Made by a program: the position numbers and the translations under genes
Origin: a virus
Lineage: Duplodnaviria > Caudoviricetes
DNA: 39,507 bases
IMG/VR virus record: IMGVR_UViG_3300025078_000008
Coordinates: 1 to 39,507 of that record
Strand: one strand, 5' to 3'
The notes under the pieces: generated by a model
The model's input: the letters and a program-made list of their open reading frames with translations, nothing else
The model's database searches: none
What the model was told of the DNA's origin: nothing
Part shown: piece after piece, positions 35,987-39,507 of the stretch
How positions within the stretch are numbered: the stretch's first letter is position 1
Layout: every line of letters starts with the position of its first letter

Positions 35987-36340
35987 TTATCTTCTCATCT
36001 CTAACCATTGATCTAGAGTGAATGTAGTGTTGCCGTCATTGTATTCATAACCCATTTCAGTATCATAAACATATTCAACGTCGTAACGTTCAAGGATAGT
36101 GCTGAGTGCTGCTTGACCAACTTCATAATGTTCTGATGTATCGAAGGGGATATGAGAAACTGATTTTGGGAGAAACTCTTCTTTGATTTGTTGTGTAGCT
36201 TCAGACATATCTTTTGGACCGTATCCTTCGTCTGTGACAAGTATTGTGTCGTCGTTTGGAAAGTTGATGTGGCCGATGCCTGAAGGGAGGCTGCGATAAT
36301 CGATGCTGAAGTAGATGTGATCTTTAAGATTGATATCCAT
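35987..36340 (-). CDS. hypothetical protein
   Basis: AAAGGA RBS after promoter. Confidence 0.7.
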   Translation of the reverse strand: MDINLKDHIYFSIDYRSLPSGIGHINFPNDDTILVTDEGYGPKDMSEATQQIKEEFLPKSVSHIPFDTSEHYEVGQAALSTILERYDVEYVYDTEMGYEYNDGNTTFTLDQWLEMRR

Positions 36341-36381
36341 ATTGGAGTCCTTTTTGATTGTGTGTTAGTGGATTATGGTAT

Positions 36382-36410
36382 ATTATAATATTGTTATTTG
36401 AAAGTTACAC
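36382..36410 (-). promoter_or_regulatory. promoter GTGTAA-N17-TATAAT
   Basis: Exact match. Confidence 0.78.
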
Positions 36411-36452
36411 TTGAAGTGTTTTATTTGTAGTAGTATTTATCTATTAAAAGCT

Positions 36453-36533
36453 GCGACTAGATCTACGCAAAGCTAGATCAAAGCGTTTGCAGAAGTGACG
36501 AGGACGAACCAGCGCGTATGAACGCTGAGTCTG
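36453..36533 (+). repeat. extended repeat including 32-bp motif copy E (36502-36533)
   Basis: Near-duplicate of 34976-35056. Confidence 0.8.
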
Positions 36534-36620
36534 TGAGTGGAGTCATTTAGAGGTCAAGTAAACATATGAACGTCTGGCAGCACTTTGTTATATTTAAGTG
36601 TAGAAAAAAAACGTTCGGCA

Positions 36621-36691
36621 GCGGCGAAAGTTAATCAAAATGTTTGCAGAGGTGATGAGGACGAAACGCTATGGTTAGCGGGCTGAGTTAG
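36621..36691 (+). repeat. degenerate extended repeat / motif copy F
   Basis: GAAAGTTAATCAAAATGTTTGCAGAGGTGATGAGGACGAAAC...CTGAGTT. Confidence 0.65.
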
Positions 36692-36736
36692 CTTTTGATA
36701 GAGAATTGTTTAATCTGTCGAAGCTTGCCTGTAGGT

Positions 36737-36937
36737 TTATAGAGACCAGTTATAGATGAGCCATCCGTGTTCGTCGCTAAGCGCGTCAGTTATTTGGTCG
36801 TCAGAAGCAGAAGTTGGATCTTTGAGATAATCATTGAGGTCGACTTCTGTTGGAACACCATTTTCAGCAGCAAACTCATCGTGCGCCTCAATGCTGTTGT
36901 CTTCTAGATCGAATTCCCATTGTATTTGAATAATCAT
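36737..36937 (-). CDS. hypothetical protein, paralog of 39180..39464
   Basis: QWEFD, GVP..VDLN, ITDALSDE.GWL. Confidence 0.75.
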   Translation of the reverse strand: MIIQIQWEFDLEDNSIEAHDEFAAENGVPTEVDLNDYLKDPTSASDDQITDALSDEHGWLIYNWSL

Positions 36938-36979
36938 ATTGTATCCTGTTTGTTGGTTGGTTGATTTGCCTTATGGTTT

Positions 36980-37008
36980 ATTATAATATATGAGAAGATT
37001 ATTTACAC
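36980..37008 (-). promoter_or_regulatory. promoter GTGTAA-N17-TATAAT; -35 is Val-stop of upstream ORF
   Basis: Exact match. Confidence 0.78.
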
Positions 37009-37260
37009 ATCAAACAGATTAACCATTTGATAGCTTCCTTCTGATACGATGAGTGAAGAATCGAAGAGGTCGTACGATGTGAAGATCATTTCAAGAGTTT
37101 CTGCAGTCGGTTTAATATCAATGCCGTTACGCGTCGTTGTTTTGCATTCTGTAAGGTAGTGATAATATCGTCTCCCACTTTCAGCTTCTTTGTCTGCAGC
37201 AACTCCTGTAGGGAGAGACCACGTGATTGGCTCAACATAGTTTGTATTCTCATCGCTCAT
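37003..37260 (-). CDS. hypothetical protein
   Basis: ATGA coupling, GGAG RBS. Confidence 0.6.
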   Translation of the reverse strand: MSDENTNYVEPITWSLPTGVAADKEAESGRRYYHYLTECKTTTRNGIDIKPTAETLEMIFTSYDLFDSSLIVSEGSYQMVNLFDV

Positions 37261-37523
37261 TTTATCTCCAAATCTTTCATCACGTCGTCTAGAAACCCGT
37301 AGTAACCTGCAACAAAGAAGTAAAACATATATCCTCCAATCATAATAAGAAAACCCGCAGCGTTGTTGTAATGCTCAAAGTAAAACATCGTCGCGAAGAT
37401 AGGTAACAACGCAACAAAAGCTGCGAAGATTAATATACTCATCAAGCATAATCCGCCAAAAAAAAGAATAGCAACTTCTTTCATCGTCGCTAACATCGTA
37501 GGTCTTTCATATCTTCTCATCAT
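37257..37523 (-). CDS. membrane protein
   Basis: Two hydrophobic helices; TAATG coupling. Confidence 0.6.
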   Translation of the reverse strand: MMRRYERPTMLATMKEVAILFFGGLCLMSILIFAAFVALLPIFATMFYFEHYNNAAGFLIMIGGYMFYFFVAGYYGFLDDVMKDLEIK

Positions 37524-37738
37524 TATAACGTGCCTGTTAGGAAAATGTTTTTGAGTTCGTTCATCGAGGGTCCGTTTACTTCGAACCACCACCAGTTCTT
37601 TAACTTGGCTTCGTCGTATCGATCACATATCTGGTCGTCGACGCTGTCGTTCAGGTCAAGGTCCATTAAAACTGTTTTACTTTGTCCGGATTTGTAGATA
37701 AGATCAACTTTGCATTGTCTGATGTATGTCTTTGACAT
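37523..37738 (-). CDS. hypothetical protein
   Basis: AAAGGA RBS after promoter. Confidence 0.65.
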   Translation of the reverse strand: MSKTYIRQCKVDLIYKSGQSKTVLMDLDLNDSVDDQICDRYDEAKLKNWWWFEVNGPSMNELKNIFLTGTL

Positions 37739-37789
37739 TTGAGTATCCTTTGAGAGTTGGTTGGTTGATTTGTTTTTGCCTTATGATAT

Positions 37790-37818
37790 ATTATATCCAA
37801 GGTATATAAAAGTTACAC
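37790..37818 (-). promoter_or_regulatory. promoter GTGTAA-N17-TATAAT
   Basis: Exact match. Confidence 0.78.
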
Positions 37819-37827
37819 GAAGTGGGA

Positions 37828-37859
37828 CGACGTTACCAAGCGTGGTAACACCGAGTCAG
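37828..37859 (+). repeat. 32-bp dispersed motif copy G
   Basis: CGACGTTACCAAGCGTGGTAACACCGAGTCAG. Confidence 0.7.
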
Positions 37860-37873
37860 TATCGGCGTGGGGA

Positions 37874-38566
37874 TTAGAGGTCTTCGTTTTCCATATTCAT
37901 TAGCTCTTCTAGATCACCCATCATATCCTCATAGCTTTCTTCAATAACTGGAGTTTCTGCAGTTTCGCTGAGTTCAACCTCGATCTCATTGACAGCTTCA
38001 ACTTCAACAGCTTCCTCTTCCGCTTCTTGAGGCTTCGCAACTTCTTCGAGTTTGAGTGAGTGAGGAGTTGTATTGATAAAACTGATCGCATCGTCCAAAT
38101 CATGAAGAGGGATGTAGTGAAGCTGTTTTGGGTGATCAAGGGTAGATCCTCCGGTTCGAACTTCGAAAGCTGCTGCCTTAACTCCGTTATTGATGCGTGG
38201 TCCACTGAATCTGATCCAAGCTTGACCTTGATCTGTAATAAACTTTGAGTAATCCTCTATATCAACTCCTTGCTCGCCGAGTGATGTGAGAGTTGGTTGG
38301 ATATTTTCCAGGCTGACAAAGACCCATTTCATTCCTCGACCTCCGAACTTGGTTTTCACCTCACTACGCCAATCAGTACCATCAGCTGATTTGCCAGATC
38401 GAGTGCAGAGAGGTTTAATATCTGAGTTAATGAGTTGATCAAGGTGTCGTTTGAAAGCTGTAACTTTGGGTTCGCCACCGTTATCAACAAAAGTCTGAAA
38501 GATGTTTTGAATGTTTGACATAACTGTTTCCTCTGATGAGATGATTTGTGTGTTTGAGTTTTCCAT
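37874..38566 (-). CDS. hypothetical protein with acidic tail, five-paralog family
   Basis: Close paralog of 26162..26920. Confidence 0.85.
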   Translation of the reverse strand: MENSNTQIISSEETVMSNIQNIFQTFVDNGGEPKVTAFKRHLDQLINSDIKPLCTRSGKSADGTDWRSEVKTKFGGRGMKWVFVSLENIQPTLTSLGEQGVDIEDYSKFITDQGQAWIRFSGPRINNGVKAAAFEVRTGGSTLDHPKQLHYIPLHDLDDAISFINTTPHSLKLEEVAKPQEAEEEAVEVEAVNEIEVELSETAETPVIEESYEDMMGDLEELMNMENEDL

Positions 38567-38606
38567 GTTAAGGATCCTTATTTTGATTGGTTGGTTATTA
38601 TGTTTT

Positions 38607-38635
38607 ATTATAAATGGATTTGAGATTAGTTACAC
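38607..38635 (-). promoter_or_regulatory. promoter GTGTAA-N17-TATAAT
   Basis: Exact match; leader nearly identical to next copy. Confidence 0.78.
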
Positions 38636-38846
38636 TTAAGGAGTTATAAACCCTAGAAACCTTTTAAAGCTTCCAACTCTTTAGATAAGAAGTAAGCATC
38701 ATCTGCGTATTGTCTCGCTGTTGAGTAGTCTCCAATCTTTTCAGCGGTTTTTGATTTGTTTAGAAGCTGTTGAATGATTTTGCGAAGTTTTTGTTTTGAT
38801 GGGGACTTCATTTTGAATCCTTTTGGTTGGTTGGTTATTATGTTTT

Positions 38847-38875
38847 ATTATAACTAAACTCTTAAAGAGTTACAC
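38847..38875 (-). promoter_or_regulatory. promoter GTGTAA-N17-TATAAT
   Basis: Exact match. Confidence 0.78.
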
Positions 38876-38883
38876 GAATCAAA

Positions 38884-38915
38884 CGACGTTACCAGGGGTG
38901 TTAACCCTGAGTCTT
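38884..38915 (+). repeat. 32-bp dispersed motif copy H
   Basis: CGACGTTACCAGGGGTGTTAACCCTGAGTCTT. Confidence 0.7.
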
Positions 38916-39108
38916 AACTCTTAAGGCCGAACTTATGGCGAGCCTTACGGAGGTTGTATTCAAGCGTCTCAAGGTTTGCTGCTCCTCCAGCAATGGTTTT
39001 CTTTTCAGTTCCCTTAATGCCACAGAAGATAATGTATCCGCCCTTCTTATTAACTTCTGACCAAACTTGATGTGCCGGTTGATGTGTTACTCTTCTTCTT
39101 GCTTTCAT
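38914..39108 (-). CDS. small basic hypothetical protein
   Basis: AAGGGA RBS after promoter. Confidence 0.65.
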   Translation of the reverse strand: MKARRRVTHQPAHQVWSEVNKKGGYIIFCGIKGTEKKTIAGGAANLETLEYNLRKARHKFGLKS

Positions 39109-39156
39109 ATTATTTATCCCTTTGGAATGTTGGTTGTTGTTGTTGCCTTATGATAT

Positions 39157-39185
39157 ATTATACTTTAACTATTTAAAAGTTACAC
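39157..39185 (-). promoter_or_regulatory. promoter GTGTAA-N17-TATAAT; -35 is Val-stop of upstream ORF
   Basis: Exact match. Confidence 0.78.
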
Positions 39186-39464
39186 ATCATAAAACGTTTT
39201 AACCAGCCAGCCAAACTCATCGCTTAGCGCATCAGTAATCATATCATTGCTGATCTCAACGTCATTATTAAATAAACTGTTCAGATCAACTTTTTCTGGG
39301 ACACCGTATAGATTACATAAAAGACCATTCACTCCCATAGCCCATTCATGATCATGATTAAGTTTATATTCAACGTCAACATCATCGATTCTGATAAGTT
39401 CTTGTGTCTGGTGATCCGACTCGATGTCAAACTCCCATTGTACTTTAATTGTTGGATGAGTCAT
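39180..39464 (-). CDS. hypothetical protein, paralog of 36737..36937
   Basis: QWEFD, ITDALSDEFGWL; AAAGGA RBS and CAAC/CAAT leader. Confidence 0.75.
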   Translation of the reverse strand: MTHPTIKVQWEFDIESDHQTQELIRIDDVDVEYKLNHDHEWAMGVNGLLCNLYGVPEKVDLNSLFNNDVEISNDMITDALSDEFGWLVKTFYDV

Positions 39465-39507
39465 ATTTATAATCCTTTGTTTGATTGATTGGTTGGTTGG
39501 TGATTAT

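Noticed and set aside
36652-36670. Hammerhead ribozyme-like TGATGAG-GACGAAAC
   Set aside because: The core needs CUGANGA plus a stem II; here it is GTGATGA with no stem II, and the string is explained by the repeat family.
1868-38248. Antisense or alternate-frame ORFs in the track (e.g. 1868-, 3129-, 5947+, 7718+, 8405+, 10007+, 21038+, 23663+, 26610+, 27247+, 27958+, 30123+, 31709+, 32151+, 32969+, 35172+, 36013-, 37921-, 38060+)
   Set aside because: They overlap better-supported genes, lack an RBS and have shadow-ORF composition.
34453-38915. CRISPR array
   Set aside because: Repeats are degenerate, irregularly spaced and separated by whole genes; no cas genes in the window.
9351-39185. 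Classical integron attC sites
   Set aside because: No RYYYAAC...GTTRRRY hairpins and no integrase in the window; the resemblance is only an analogy.
1-39507. Stop-codon reassignment
   Set aside because: Recognisable genes are uninterrupted in code 11 and end at expected positions with TGA (ligase), TAG (YkuK-like, TSP3) and TAA; no suppressor tRNA seen.

Overview
AT-rich, gene-dense segment of a large lytic dsDNA (probably jumbo, tailed) bacteriophage. An MtsC-like thrombospondin/MYXO-CTERM gene suggests a Myxococcota or other deltaproteobacterial host (inference). From 1 to 5.8 kb (+ strand) lie a DUF2201/VWA protein, an ATP-dependent DNA ligase, a C39-like lipoprotein and the TSP3-repeat protein. 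From 5.8 to 39.5 kb most genes are small, early-type and on the - strand. They include Hsp20, a YkuK RNase H-like protein, DUF3310, a nucleotidyltransferase, two homing-type endonucleases and many paralogous hypotheticals, interrupted by a + strand minimal PolX and a 727-aa ADP-ribosyltransferase-like gene. A tRNA region holds Tyr, Lys and Ile2/Met genes, two structurally aberrant tRNAs and three orphan tRNA 3' fragments. The most striking non-coding structure: (i) 22 copies of a GTGTAA-N17/18-TATAAT promoter plus CAAT/CAAC-repeat leader heading gene cassettes, with upstream ORFs often stopping inside the GTGTAA; (ii) a co-oriented 32-bp gapped motif GACG-n3-C-n5-GT-n8-YRARTC in at least 7 copies; (iii) a sharp GC-skew inversion at ~34.4 kb carrying a near-perfect Fur box and followed by longer repeats (candidate origin or genome terminus). 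All protein calls come from visual motif recognition, not database searches.
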